A DNA stretch of 52,541 nucleotides from a virus (Duplodnaviria > Caudoviricetes): the IMG/VR virus record IMGVR_UViG_3300049793_000050, positions 1-52,541 of that record. One strand, written 5' to 3'. The translations under genes were made by a program, and so were the position numbers. The notes beneath the pieces were generated by a model. That model made no database searches. It was given only the letters and a program-made list of their open reading frames with translations, and was not told where the DNA came from. Below, one piece after another: positions 1-9,864 of this stretch; the first letter of the stretch is position 1; every line of letters starts with the position of its first letter.

Positions 1-59
1 GCCACGCGCAGATTATTTCCCCTTTTTCAGCAAGATTCAGCAGCAAATCGAGGTGCCAG

Positions 60-407
60 ATGGCAGGAGTCAAAGGAAAATCAGGCGGTGCTCGCTCTGG
101 TGCCGGTGGCGCTCGCCCTAATTCTGGCGGTGCTCGGCCTGGTGCTGGGCGGAAGAAAAAACCTAAGACGCCTCCAGCCGAGATCGCGGAATGCGACATG
201 CTCACGCTGCTGCAAGATGTGGCACTCGGGCGGGTTGAGGCAAGTACGGTTCAAGTTCGGGCCGCAATCGCCGCCGTGCAGTACACGCACACGAAGAAAG
301 GCGACGGCGGCAAGGGCGAAGAAAAAGCAGACGCAGCTAAAAAGGCTGGCGCCGGCAAGTTTGGGGCATCTGCGCCGCCGAGGTTGGTAAGCAGCCGTGG
401 TTCCTGA
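60..407 (+). CDS. terS: Terminase small subunit
   Basis: Gly-rich GGARPGAGRK N-terminus; first gene of the genome, overlaps terL. Confidence 0.85.
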   Translation: MAGVKGKSGGARSGAGGARPNSGGARPGAGRKKKPKTPPAEIAECDMLTLLQDVALGRVEASTVQVRAAIAAVQYTHTKKGDGGKGEEKADAAKKAGAGKFGASAPPRLVSSRGS

Positions 408-2061
408 GTACAGTACGGCCTGCCTTGATTGGGCCGATAGGATCCGCACCGGAAAATCGATTATCCCGCCTCCGATATTCCCCGAGGAAGCGGCAGCGTC
501 GGTAGCGGTAATGCGCGAATTGCGGATTGTTGATGCCCCCGGCAGTCCGACGATGGGCGAGGCATGCGCCCCTTGGGTCTTTGATCTGGCCAGCGCAATT
601 TTCGGGTCATACGATCCAGAAAGCGGCAGGCGGCTGATCAAAGAAGTGTTTGTATTGGTCAGCAAGAAGAACTCAAAAAGTACCGTTGCCGGCGCCGTGA
701 TGTTGACGGCGCTAACGAGAAATTGGCGCCAATCGGCGCAGTTCGTCATTCTTTCGCCAACCATTGAGGTTGCATCGAATTCATACGCTCCCGCCCGCGA
801 TATGGTCGCCAAGGATGAGGAGCTCGACGCGCTGGTGCATGTGCAGTCGCATGTGAAAACCCTGACTCACAGGGAGAGCAATGCAACCCTCAAGGTTCTG
901 GCTGCTGACAGCAACACGGTTGGCGGGCTTAAGGCGGTCGGCGTCCTGGTTGATGAGTTGCACCTGTTCGGTAAGGTCGCATCTGCCGAGAATATGTTTC
1001 GCGAGGCGTTCGGCGGCCTAGCATCGAGGCCAGAAGGCTTCATTATTTACCTGACCACACAGAGCGACGAGCCGCCTGCTGGCGTGTTTAAGCAGAAGCT
1101 TGACTACGCCAGGGCGGTAAGAGACGGAAAGATTGTTGACCACGGATTCTTGCCAGTCATCTTCGAGCATCCCGACGACATGGTTGCGTCTGGCGAGCAT
1201 CTGCTGCTGGAAAACATGTGGATGACCAACCCAAATATTGGGTATTCGGTAGATCAAGAATTCTTGGAGCGCGAATTTAAGAAGGCGTCACTGGCTGGCG
1301 GCGATTCATTCCGCGGCTTCATGGCGAAGCATGCGAACGTAGAAATCGGCCTAAACCTCCGCTCTGACCGCTGGGCCGGCGCCGACTTCTGGGAGGCGGC
1401 CACGATCCCAGGGGCGAGTCTTGGCCTTGATGATCTGATCGAAAAATCAGAGGTAATTGATATCGGGATTGACGGCGGCGGACTGGATGATTTGCTCGGA
1501 ATCGCGGTTATCGGTCGGTGTGCGGAGACGCGGCGCTGGCTGACATGGACGCATGCATGGGCGCATCCATCCGTGCTTGAGAGGCGCAAAGAAGTCGCGT
1601 CCCGCTTGCTCGACTTCGAAAAAGATGGCGATTTGACGATGGTAAAGCACATTGGCGACGATGTGACGGACGTTGCTGACCTGTGCGCACGCATCGAGGC
1701 ATCTGGCAAGTTAGACCAGATCGGCTGCGACCCGGCGGGCCTTGGCGGCATTCTGGATGCACTGATGGACGCCAAGATACCGGAAGAGAAAATAATCGGT
1801 ATCTCGCAGGGTTGGAAAATGACCGGCGCCATAAAAACGGCCGAGCGCAAGTTAGCCGAGGGCGTGCTGGTGCATGGCGGCCAAAAGATGATGGCATGGT
1901 GCTGCGGGAATGCAAAGGTTGAGCCGCGCGGCAATGCGGTCATCATCACAAAACAGGCGGCAGGGTACGCCAAGATCGATCCGCTGATGGCGATGTTTAA
2001 CGCCGTCTCTTTGATGGCGTTGAATCCTGCAAGCGAAAAATCATTTTGGGAAGCCGCATGA
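397..2061 (+). CDS. terL: Terminase large subunit (HK97/D3-like)
   Basis: Walker A variant VSKKNSKS, Walker B VLVDELH, nuclease motifs GIDGGGLDD and KIDP. Confidence 0.95.
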   Translation: MVPEYSTACLDWADRIRTGKSIIPPPIFPEEAAASVAVMRELRIVDAPGSPTMGEACAPWVFDLASAIFGSYDPESGRRLIKEVFVLVSKKNSKSTVAGAVMLTALTRNWRQSAQFVILSPTIEVASNSYAPARDMVAKDEELDALVHVQSHVKTLTHRESNATLKVLAADSNTVGGLKAVGVLVDELHLFGKVASAENMFREAFGGLASRPEGFIIYLTTQSDEPPAGVFKQKLDYARAVRDGKIVDHGFLPVIFEHPDDMVASGEHLLLENMWMTNPNIGYSVDQEFLEREFKKASLAGGDSFRGFMAKHANVEIGLNLRSDRWAGADFWEAATIPGASLGLDDLIEKSEVIDIGIDGGGLDDLLGIAVIGRCAETRRWLTWTHAWAHPSVLERRKEVASRLLDFEKDGDLTMVKHIGDDVTDVADLCARIEASGKLDQIGCDPAGLGGILDALMDAKIPEEKIIGISQGWKMTGAIKTAERKLAEGVLVHGGQKMMAWCCGNAKVEPRGNAVIITKQAAGYAKIDPLMAMFNAVSLMALNPASEKSFWEAA

Positions 2062-2216
2062 AATTCATTCAATCACATCTGCCGGACGCGCTCATGGTCG
2101 TCGGTGTTGCGGCGATCGCCGGCGGTGCTGGGCTCATTTACGCACCAGCCGGGTGGATTGTCGGCGGCGCTTTCGCCCTTGCTGCCGGCGTCATGGCTGC
2201 GCGGGCTGGCAAATAA
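2058..2216 (+). CDS. Small hydrophobic membrane protein between terL and portal (52 aa, not in ORF track)
   Basis: ATG overlaps terL stop; MKFIQSHLPDALMVVGVAAIAGGAGLIYAPAGWIVGGAFALAAGVMAARAGK; TAA overlaps portal ATG. Confidence 0.7.
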   Translation: MKFIQSHLPDALMVVGVAAIAGGAGLIYAPAGWIVGGAFALAAGVMAARAGK

Positions 2217-3466
2217 TGGGATTTCTTGCCGACGCCTTTTCGCGTAAGTCGCTGGGGCCGATGGATATCTTCCGCGAGATGCTTGGCCGCAGTCGCTCGG
2301 CCGGCGGCAAAGTGGTCAGCGTCAAGACGGCGCTTGAAGTGGCGGCGGTTTTTGCCTGCCTGCGCGTCAGGGCTAATGGCGTAGCGCAGGTTCCTTTGAA
2401 GCTAATGCGCGAGAGTGCAGATGGAAAGAGCCGGTTACCGGCTAAGGATCACCCGCTGTACAACATTCTCGAATGCCGTCCAAACGACTGGCAAACCAGC
2501 TTCGAATACCGCGAAATGATGATGTTGCACATCGGTTTATGCAATGAGCACTTCTCATTCATCAACCGATCGAACCGCTCCGGCATCATGGAATTGATCC
2601 CGTTCGAGCCTGGTTGCGTGACCGTGAAGCGCGCCGACGATTATTCCTTGACCTACGATGTGGCTGCACAAAACGGGAGTGCTCAAACTTTCCCGGCAAA
2701 GGCAATTTGGCATGTGCGCGGCCCATCTTGGAACTCATGGTCTGGCATTCCAGCAGTACAAATTGCGCGCGAAGCGATTGGGCTATCAATTGCGGCCGAA
2801 GAGCAGCAGGCGCGCATGCAGAAAAATGGAGTGCGCTCATCAGGCGTCTACTCGGTGGAAGGTACGCTCGGAGACGGTCAATATAAAGCGCTGAGAAAGT
2901 GGATCGACGACGAGATGGGCGGCGTCGAGAATGCTGGCAAGGCGATGATATTAGATCGCGGCGCGAAGTGGCTCAATAACAGTATGACCGGGATTGACGC
3001 GCAGACAATGGACATACGCCGATTCCAAGTTGAAGAAATGTGCCGCGCGCTCGGCGTGAATCCGATTATGGTTTTTGCTGAGAGTAAAAATACGACCTAC
3101 GCCAGCGCCGAGCAGATGTTCCTCGCACATGTTGTCCACACCGTCGCGCCTGATTACGCGCGCATCGAACAGTCGATCAACGCTAATTTGTTGACCGACG
3201 CCGACCGTAAAGATGGGTTATACGCAAATTTCGTGGAAGAGGGATTGTTGCGCGGTTCGATGGTGGAAACCAAAGATACGCTGCTCGGTTATACGAACGG
3301 CGGGCTGATGACGCCAAACGAAGCGCGCGCCAAGCTCGACATGAACCCGGATGCGGATCCGGCCAGCGACAAATTGAGAATACCGGCAAATATCACCGGC
3401 ACCGTGCCACCCGTTACACCTATTCCCGGCGCTGCGCCGAACGACATACCGAAAGGAACGCCATGA
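2216..3466 (+). CDS. Portal protein, HK97 family
   Basis: AVFACLRV, PNDWQTSFEY and GLMTPNEAR motifs; ATG 2216 coupled to upstream stop. Confidence 0.95.
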   Translation: MGFLADAFSRKSLGPMDIFREMLGRSRSAGGKVVSVKTALEVAAVFACLRVRANGVAQVPLKLMRESADGKSRLPAKDHPLYNILECRPNDWQTSFEYREMMMLHIGLCNEHFSFINRSNRSGIMELIPFEPGCVTVKRADDYSLTYDVAAQNGSAQTFPAKAIWHVRGPSWNSWSGIPAVQIAREAIGLSIAAEEQQARMQKNGVRSSGVYSVEGTLGDGQYKALRKWIDDEMGGVENAGKAMILDRGAKWLNNSMTGIDAQTMDIRRFQVEEMCRALGVNPIMVFAESKNTTYASAEQMFLAHVVHTVAPDYARIEQSINANLLTDADRKDGLYANFVEEGLLRGSMVETKDTLLGYTNGGLMTPNEARAKLDMNPDADPASDKLRIPANITGTVPPVTPIPGAAPNDIPKGTP

Positions 3467-4269
3467 ACCCATTAAAAACCATCGCCAAGTCCGACACTGA
3501 GCTTCGCGTCGGGAACTATCTCGTTTTGTTCGGTGGGCGCGACCTGGCCGGCGAATTCTTCACCAAAAGCACGCGCTTCGAGTCGAACTACACCGACCTT
3601 GGCATGCTGTACGAGGATTTCGAGCACGGAATGGATGCTGATGGCGCCGGCAACGACTCAAATAATGTGCTCGGCATCGTTGACTGGAAGTCGGCAAAGG
3701 TTGATGAGAACGGTATTTTCGTCGAGCGCATCCTGAATCGGCGCGCTGAGTACATGCAATACCTCATGCCGCTGATTGATATGGGCGTTATGGGTACGTC
3801 GAGCGAGGCAATCGGCGGCGGCGTGCGCAAGAAGAGCAATGGCGAAATCGTTGAATGGCCTTTGATGCGCGATTCACTCACCGTGACGCCGATGGAGCCG
3901 CGCATGGTCAGCTCAAATATTCTCACTGCAGCGAAGGCGCTGGTCGATATTTTCCCGCACTCGAAATCACTGAACTTTCTGGCCAATCGGTCCGAAACCA
4001 GCACCGAAACCATTAAATCCATCGCCTCGATGGGTGACATGGAGGACTACCTGCGCGACGCAGGCGGTCTAAGCCGCACCGAAGCAAAAGCAATACTGTC
4101 GCAAATGAAGTCGCTGGGCCGGCGTGACGCCGATGCCGGCGGAATGCAGGAAATCGCGGACGCCTTGAAACGCCGAAGCGAACGAAGCCTTAGCCAGCGT
4201 GATGCTGATGAGGGTATGCAGCGAATTGCCGCGGCATTGAAGCGCCGCAGCGAAATCTTGACCGCATAG
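3463..4269 (+). CDS. Prohead maturation protease (putative)
   Basis: Lies between portal and capsid; DLAGEFFT, SLTVTPMEP; C-terminal EDYLRDAGGLSRTEAKA. Confidence 0.75.
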   Translation: MNPLKTIAKSDTELRVGNYLVLFGGRDLAGEFFTKSTRFESNYTDLGMLYEDFEHGMDADGAGNDSNNVLGIVDWKSAKVDENGIFVERILNRRAEYMQYLMPLIDMGVMGTSSEAIGGGVRKKSNGEIVEWPLMRDSLTVTPMEPRMVSSNILTAAKALVDIFPHSKSLNFLANRSETSTETIKSIASMGDMEDYLRDAGGLSRTEAKAILSQMKSLGRRDADAGGMQEIADALKRRSERSLSQRDADEGMQRIAAALKRRSEILTA

Positions 4270-4300
4270 GTCTCATTCAATCAATCAAAAAGGAATCACC

Positions 4301-5530
4301 ATGGAAATCAAGGATATTGTAGCTCTGATCGAAGATCAGGGCAAGGCGTGGGACGGCCTCAAAAAAGCCAACGACGAGCGCCTTGCGGCAATTGAGTCGA
4401 AGGGCTATGCGCCCGCCGACCTGACTGAAAAAGTCGAAAAGATCAACGCAGAACTCGCTGCCATCGGCAAGCAAATGACCGACGTCGAAAAGAAGGCAAA
4501 TCGGCCACACGCTGGCGAAGGTCGTCGGGATGACACGCCAGAACAAGCCGCATACCGCAAGGCATTCGGCGACTACCTGCGTACAGGTGAAGGCGATTCG
4601 CGCGCGCTGAAGGAGCAGGGCCGCAAGGCGATGAATTCCAACTCGGATCCAGATGGTGGCTATCTCGTATTGCCGGAAATGGACCTAGCCATCGACCGCA
4701 TCGCGCAAACGATGGGCGCCATGCCTCGGCTGGCTGACGTAATCACGATCGGTACACAGAAATGGGAAAAGCTGGTCAAGACTTCCGGCATGGCGATGCG
4801 CCGTGTCGCGAACGGCGGCACTGGTGGCGAAACAACCGAGCCGAAATATGCAAAAGTTGAAATCGAAGTATTCCCGGCCGAAGTCGAGCCATGGGTATTC
4901 AACGAACAACTGGACGATTCGCGCATCAATCTGGAATCCGATCTGTCTGACGAAGCTGCAATCGGCTTTGCCGAGGGTGGAAATTCAGAATTCATCATCG
5001 GCAACGGCGTCGGCTGCGCGCGCGGTATCACCGCTTACACCAACGTGGCGAACTCGGCCTACGCCTGGGGTAGCGTCGGCTTTATCCGGTCCGGCAAGTC
5101 GGCGGCGTTCATGTCGGTCGCTCCATCGGATCGCGTCATCGGATTACAGCATGCGCTGAAGGCGCAATACCGCAATGGCGCTGTATGGTTGACCAACGAT
5201 ACGACCCTGGGTGTGATGCGTCAGATGAAAGACGGCTCCGGATCGTACTACCTGTGGCAGCCGGACCCATCCGCGGCATTCGGCGGCCGCTTCCTCGGCA
5301 GCCCGGTGGAAATCGATGACAACATGCCGAACCTCGGCGCCGGTTCGTACTCGCTCGCCTACGGCAATTTCAAGCGCGCCTACAAGATCGTCAACCGCGC
5401 CGGCACGACTCTGATCCGAGACAACATCACGCTGAAGGGCCAAACAAAGTTCAATTTCCGCCGTCGCTTCGGCGGAGGCATCGTGAATTATGAGGCCTTG
5501 AAGCTCATGAGCTTCACGACCGGATCTTAA
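4301..5530 (+). CDS. Major capsid protein, HK97 fold with delta domain
   Basis: Coiled-coil N-terminus, DGGYLVLPE, MKDGSGSYYLWQP, YGNFKRAY. Confidence 0.95.
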   Translation: MEIKDIVALIEDQGKAWDGLKKANDERLAAIESKGYAPADLTEKVEKINAELAAIGKQMTDVEKKANRPHAGEGRRDDTPEQAAYRKAFGDYLRTGEGDSRALKEQGRKAMNSNSDPDGGYLVLPEMDLAIDRIAQTMGAMPRLADVITIGTQKWEKLVKTSGMAMRRVANGGTGGETTEPKYAKVEIEVFPAEVEPWVFNEQLDDSRINLESDLSDEAAIGFAEGGNSEFIIGNGVGCARGITAYTNVANSAYAWGSVGFIRSGKSAAFMSVAPSDRVIGLQHALKAQYRNGAVWLTNDTTLGVMRQMKDGSGSYYLWQPDPSAAFGGRFLGSPVEIDDNMPNLGAGSYSLAYGNFKRAYKIVNRAGTTLIRDNITLKGQTKFNFRRRFGGGIVNYEALKLMSFTTGS

Positions 5531-5556
5531 GTTCGTCGCTCTCATCCATCCAAAAG

Positions 5557-5583
5557 AAAGCCCGCTCAATGCGGGCTTTTTCA
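5557..5583 (+). terminator. Intrinsic terminator after capsid gene
   Basis: AAAGCCCGC-TCAAT-GCGGGCTTT followed by T-run. Confidence 0.8.
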
Positions 5584-5606
5584 TTTGAATCGAAAGGTAA
5601 TTTGTC

Positions 5607-6038
5607 ATGAATGATTTACACAATAGGATCCGTACCAAGAACGTGGTCACTGCGGCCGCGATCGGGGCCAACGCCACGAAATCCGGCATCGTCATCGATC
5701 GTCAGGGTTACGGCGGCGTCGAATTCGTCGCTGCCTACGGCTCGGTCACGACCACCGGCACGATCGTCACCCTGGTTGTCAAAGAAGGCGATGTCACCGG
5801 CACGATGACCAGCGTCGCAGATGGCGATTTGGGCGGCACTGAAGCACTAGCTAGTTTGCTGGCAGCCACGCCACGCACCGCCGGCACCACCAAAGAAGTA
5901 ACGAAGCGCGTCGGCTACAAGGGCAACAAGCGCTATGTCACGGTTGACGCCGTTCAGTCTGGCGTGACTTCGGTCGGTTGTGTCTCGGTCACGGCGCTGC
6001 TGCACAGCCCGTATAACTCGCCACAAACCAACCCGTAA
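5607..6038 (+). CDS. Putative capsid decoration/cement protein
   Basis: Directly after MCP; IDRQGYGGVEF and VGYKGNKRYV, beta-rich. Confidence 0.6.
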   Translation: MNDLHNRIRTKNVVTAAAIGANATKSGIVIDRQGYGGVEFVAAYGSVTTTGTIVTLVVKEGDVTGTMTSVADGDLGGTEALASLLAATPRTAGTTKEVTKRVGYKGNKRYVTVDAVQSGVTSVGCVSVTALLHSPYNSPQTNP

Positions 6039-6121
6039 TTCAGTCACGGCCGGCAGCTTACCATGCCGGCGCCGGATCCGTAACCGGCACCAATTCAACC
6101 CTCTGGTAAGAGAGAACATAA

Positions 6122-7543
6122 ATGAGCTTAAATTCAGGCGAACGCCAAGTATCCCCGAGTATTCACGGCATCAGGCGCGATCACGTCGCACGGTACGAAT
6201 GGGCGGCAAAGCAACTGCCGCATTGGTGCGGCGAACGCATCCCTTATTACATAGAAAGCACGCCAGATATACAGCGAAGGTTTGAGCGAAAAACAAACTG
6301 CAAGGTAATCGACTTTGCTTGCGGCATCGGCTACGGCGCGCGGATTTTGGCTGATGCCGGTCATTCCGCGCATGGCTTCGACATTGACGCCGAAGCGATC
6401 ACCTACGCGAACGAGCATTATCGAAGCCAGAACGGGAGAACTGATTTTTCAATCGGCAACGGCAACGCCCCCGGCGAGCTCGGAGAATACGACGCCGCGA
6501 TCAGTTTTGAGACGATCGAGCACATTGAAGACCCGCGACCGCTATTAATAGCGCTGCGCAAGTCGGCGCCGGTGCTGATTGCCAGCGTGCCGAATGAAGA
6601 TGTGATGCCATGGCAGCGCGCGGATGGCGCGACTACGGCATTTCACTTTCGGCACTACACGAAACGTGAATTTAACGACCTACTAACGGAATGCGGATGG
6701 CATGTGACCGGATGGCACGGGCAGGCAGGGCCGGAATCCGAAGTGGAGCTCGATATGCCTGGGCGCACGCTGATTGCCGTGTGCGAGCGCGGCGAATTGC
6801 CAAAGCAGGAAGATATTCCGCAAGAGCGTCACATTGCCATTCTCGGCCTCGGCCCATCGCTGGACCAATATCTGGAAATCACCAAGCGCCGCGGCGGACG
6901 GTCGAATTTCTGCGATGAGACATGGGCGATCAATGCGCTCGGCGACGTGTTCGCCTGCGACTTGGTATTCCACATGGACGATATCCGGATTCAGGAAATC
7001 AGGACCGAGGCCGCGCCAGCATCGAACATCGCGGCGATGGTGCGCTGGATAAAAACCAGCCCCGTCCCTGTTGTAACCAGCCGCATACATCCGAACTATC
7101 CAGCACTGGTCGAATTCCCGCTTGAGGACGTGCTGAACAATCTCGGCCATGATTATTTCAACAGCACGGCCGCCTATGCGATCGCATTCGCAATCCATAC
7201 GCGGGCGACTGAAATCAGCATTTTCGGCATGGATTTCAGCTACCCGAATGTACATGACGCTGAGAAGGGGCGGGCCTGCGTCGAATTCTGGCTCGGGCAG
7301 GCGCACGCCAGAGGCATCAAGTTGAACATGCCGAAAAACACAACGCTGATGGATGCCATGTATCCGAGAGCGTCGAGACTATACGGTTACGACACGCTCG
7401 ACGTAGCATTTAACCTGCAGGCAGACGGGACCGTAAAGTTGGGATTCAATCCACGCGAAACACTGCCGACCGCAGAGCAGATCGAGCGCAATTACGACCA
7501 TTCAGCGCCCATCGAAAAACAGCACCAAACCATGAAAGATTGA
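6122..7543 (+). CDS. Class I SAM methyltransferase fused to a Maf/MptE/GT29-GT42-like domain
   Basis: N-terminal HVARY, IDFACGIGYG, FETIEH; C-terminal IAILGLGPS, WAIN, EISIFGMDF. Confidence 0.7.
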   Translation: MSLNSGERQVSPSIHGIRRDHVARYEWAAKQLPHWCGERIPYYIESTPDIQRRFERKTNCKVIDFACGIGYGARILADAGHSAHGFDIDAEAITYANEHYRSQNGRTDFSIGNGNAPGELGEYDAAISFETIEHIEDPRPLLIALRKSAPVLIASVPNEDVMPWQRADGATTAFHFRHYTKREFNDLLTECGWHVTGWHGQAGPESEVELDMPGRTLIAVCERGELPKQEDIPQERHIAILGLGPSLDQYLEITKRRGGRSNFCDETWAINALGDVFACDLVFHMDDIRIQEIRTEAAPASNIAAMVRWIKTSPVPVVTSRIHPNYPALVEFPLEDVLNNLGHDYFNSTAAYAIAFAIHTRATEISIFGMDFSYPNVHDAEKGRACVEFWLGQAHARGIKLNMPKNTTLMDAMYPRASRLYGYDTLDVAFNLQADGTVKLGFNPRETLPTAEQIERNYDHSAPIEKQHQTMKD

Positions 7544-7544
7544 C

Positions 7545-7913
7545 ATGACAGGCAAAGTGCATGAAGGAATGTTCGGCGACTCGCTGGAGGTGGAAAGCGG
7601 CGGCGTCATCGAGATTAAGGCCGGTGGCCGCATCAATGTCGAAAGCGGCGGCGTATTGAATCTGGCATCCGGCGCGGTCATTAAGTCGGATGGCGCGCAG
7701 GGCGCCGCTCTAACCGCGCAACTGACTGCTATCACGCATACAGCGCCCAGCGGACCGGACTATGCGTTGCAAAATCTCGTGCAAAACACAGGCTTCGGCT
7801 TTGCAACGGCAGATGAAGGCAACAGCGTTTTGAAGGTGATCGCCAATCTACAAGTACGGCTCGCGGAGGCTGAGGCGCGCCTTGAAGCATCCGGCCTTAT
7901 TGTGGCGAACTGA
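7545..7913 (+). CDS. Putative head fibre/decoration protein
   Basis: Repeated VESGG beta motif then C-terminal helix; head module position. Confidence 0.5.
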   Translation: MTGKVHEGMFGDSLEVESGGVIEIKAGGRINVESGGVLNLASGAVIKSDGAQGAALTAQLTAITHTAPSGPDYALQNLVQNTGFGFATADEGNSVLKVIANLQVRLAEAEARLEASGLIVAN

Positions 7914-7915
7914 TT

Positions 7916-8134
7916 ATGCTACATCACATCATCATTGACTTCCCGGGAAGTCAAGACGGCAGAATCACAGAGAGTTTCTACGCTGGTACGACGGTTGAAT
8001 TGTCTGACTATTTGGCCGCAATCGTGGTGCCGGCCGGGTGGGCGCGTCCAGTCAGCGCGACCATTGATGTCGAAAGTAAGCCGATGGCGGAACAACCAGC
8101 TGTGACAACCATGAAACGCGGCAAGGCAAAATGA
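7916..8134 (+). CDS. Small head-module protein
   Basis: Coupled ORF before the head-tail adaptor. Confidence 0.6.
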   Translation: MLHHIIIDFPGSQDGRITESFYAGTTVELSDYLAAIVVPAGWARPVSATIDVESKPMAEQPAVTTMKRGKAK

Positions 8135-9102
8135 CTATCGTTGTCTACGCCGGCCCGGCCACGGAGCCGCTGACAGTTGCCGAGGCAATGGCCCATTGCC
8201 GCATCGATTCAAGTAATCAGGAGCCGGCACCTGGCGTCGTCACTGCGGCGCTTGCGTCTCCCGCGGTTGCTGGGAGCGTTAACAACGGCGCGCATCGCTA
8301 TTTGGGTGTATTCCGCAATGCGGACGGACATACGCAGGCTGGTACGATCTCGGCAGCGGTGACGGTGGCGGCGAATGGGGCAAACGGAAAGATCGAACTT
8401 ACCGCATTGCCGGTCGGCGGTTCCCTGATGACATACCTGGACATTTACCGCACGGCAGCGGGCGGATCGACCTACCTATTTTTGGCCGCTCTCACCAACG
8501 GCACGGCTACCTACACAGATAATATCGCCGATGCCAGCTTGGGTGCCGAGGCTCCCGCTACGAACACCACAAGCGACCCGCTGCTTGGCCTGCTGATCGC
8601 TTCCGCGCGCGCGGCTGCCGAGACGGAGCTGCACCGCTCCTTGGTGACGCAGACGCGCGACATGTATCTGGACGAATTCCCGAACGACTGGATTTATGGT
8701 GCAACGTTCGACTGCAAAGGCAGCGCAATATTACTGCCGCCGCTGCAATCTGTGACCAGCATCACCTATGTCGATACGAATGGCACCACGCAGACCCTGG
8801 CGGCCGATCAGTACTTGGTCGATGCCAAGAGCCAGCCCGCTCGGATAACACCCACTTACGGCCTGACATGGCCATCAACGCGGAAGCAGAACAACGCCAT
8901 CACGATTAGGTTTGTTGATGGGTATGGCGCGGCCGCCGCAGTACCACAATGCATAAAGAACTGGATGCTGGTCCGCATCAAAACGCTGTGGGACAACCGA
9001 GAACAAATCGTGGTCGGGCCTACTGGCATGGTGCAGATTCCGCCATCGTTCATCGATTCGCTGCTGGACAGCGAGCGAGTCTACGGCAGGCTGTTTGCAT
9101 GA
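8131..9102 (+). CDS. Head-tail adaptor (gp6/gp15-like) with inserted beta domain
   Basis: PATEPLTVAEAMAHCRID, LIASARAAAE, VPQCIKNWMLVRIKTLWDNRE. Confidence 0.85.
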   Translation: MTIVVYAGPATEPLTVAEAMAHCRIDSSNQEPAPGVVTAALASPAVAGSVNNGAHRYLGVFRNADGHTQAGTISAAVTVAANGANGKIELTALPVGGSLMTYLDIYRTAAGGSTYLFLAALTNGTATYTDNIADASLGAEAPATNTTSDPLLGLLIASARAAAETELHRSLVTQTRDMYLDEFPNDWIYGATFDCKGSAILLPPLQSVTSITYVDTNGTTQTLAADQYLVDAKSQPARITPTYGLTWPSTRKQNNAITIRFVDGYGAAAAVPQCIKNWMLVRIKTLWDNREQIVVGPTGMVQIPPSFIDSLLDSERVYGRLFA

Positions 9103-9416
9103 GTCGCGCGCGCGACAAGCGCATCCGCATCGAAGCGGCAGCGACGGTGCAGGACGCAAACGGAGAAATGGTGCCGGGATGGGTATTCTTCGCCGTGATG
9201 TGGGCGAACGTCTTTGATATTTCAGGCAAGGAGTATGTGGCCGCCGGCGCGACGCAGAACCCGGTGCAAACCAAGATGGATATTGCATACAAGGCAGGGA
9301 TTGTGCCGAACATGCGCGTTTTGCTCGGTGCCGATATTTACAACATAGAAGCGGCGCTCGGGCAGGACCATGTTGACCTACTTTTGATGTGTTCTCGCGG
9401 GGTCAACAATGGTTGA
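9099..9416 (+). CDS. Head closure protein (SPP1 gp16-like)
   Basis: RDKRIRIE, WANV, MRVL..IYNI motifs; ATGA overlap. Confidence 0.8.
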   Translation: MSRARDKRIRIEAAATVQDANGEMVPGWVFFAVMWANVFDISGKEYVAAGATQNPVQTKMDIAYKAGIVPNMRVLLGADIYNIEAALGQDHVDLLLMCSRGVNNG

Positions 9417-9864
9417 GATTGGATCAAACCTGACCGGCGACCTATCCGGCGCGCTCGACAAGTTCGAGAAATCGATACAGGAGAAGGTGTTATTTTCCGG
9501 AGTCGCCGCGATGGCGAAAGTGATTTATGAGCAAGCCGTGGAAAATTGCCCGGAATCCGCAGAGGCCCACATATTCAGGGGCTCATCGTATGCCAAACAT
9601 GGCACTGAGTACCTGTTCTATCCCGGCGATTTGAAGAAATCAATCTACCGCGTGTATTCGCCGGAAAAGTCAACGCAAGAACTGAAGACTTACCGCATCA
9701 GCTGGAACAAAAAGATCCCTTATGGGTATTGGGTCGAATTCGGCAACTCGCGCATGCCCGCACATCCGTTTATTCGCCCCGCATTCGACCGCGTTGACGA
9801 TGCTATAGAAGCCGGGAAAGCGCGTATGGGAGAAAGAATGGTCGAGATCGCGAGTGAAACATGA
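9409..9864 (+). CDS. HK97 gp10-like neck protein
   Basis: GDLKKSI and YGYWVEFGNSRMPAHPFIRPAFD. Confidence 0.85.
   Translation: MVEIGSNLTGDLSGALDKFEKSIQEKVLFSGVAAMAKVIYEQAVENCPESAEAHIFRGSSYAKHGTEYLFYPGDLKKSIYRVYSPEKSTQELKTYRISWNKKIPYGYWVEFGNSRMPAHPFIRPAFDRVDDAIEAGKARMGERMVEIASET

Noticed and set aside
2153-2215. Upstream GTG start for the portal
   Set aside because: Overlaps a more plausible small membrane gene; ATG 2216 is stop-coupled
6049-6090. Twin GCCGG hairpins before the methyltransferase gene as a riboswitch
   Set aside because: Short GC-rich stems with no recognisable SAM-riboswitch consensus
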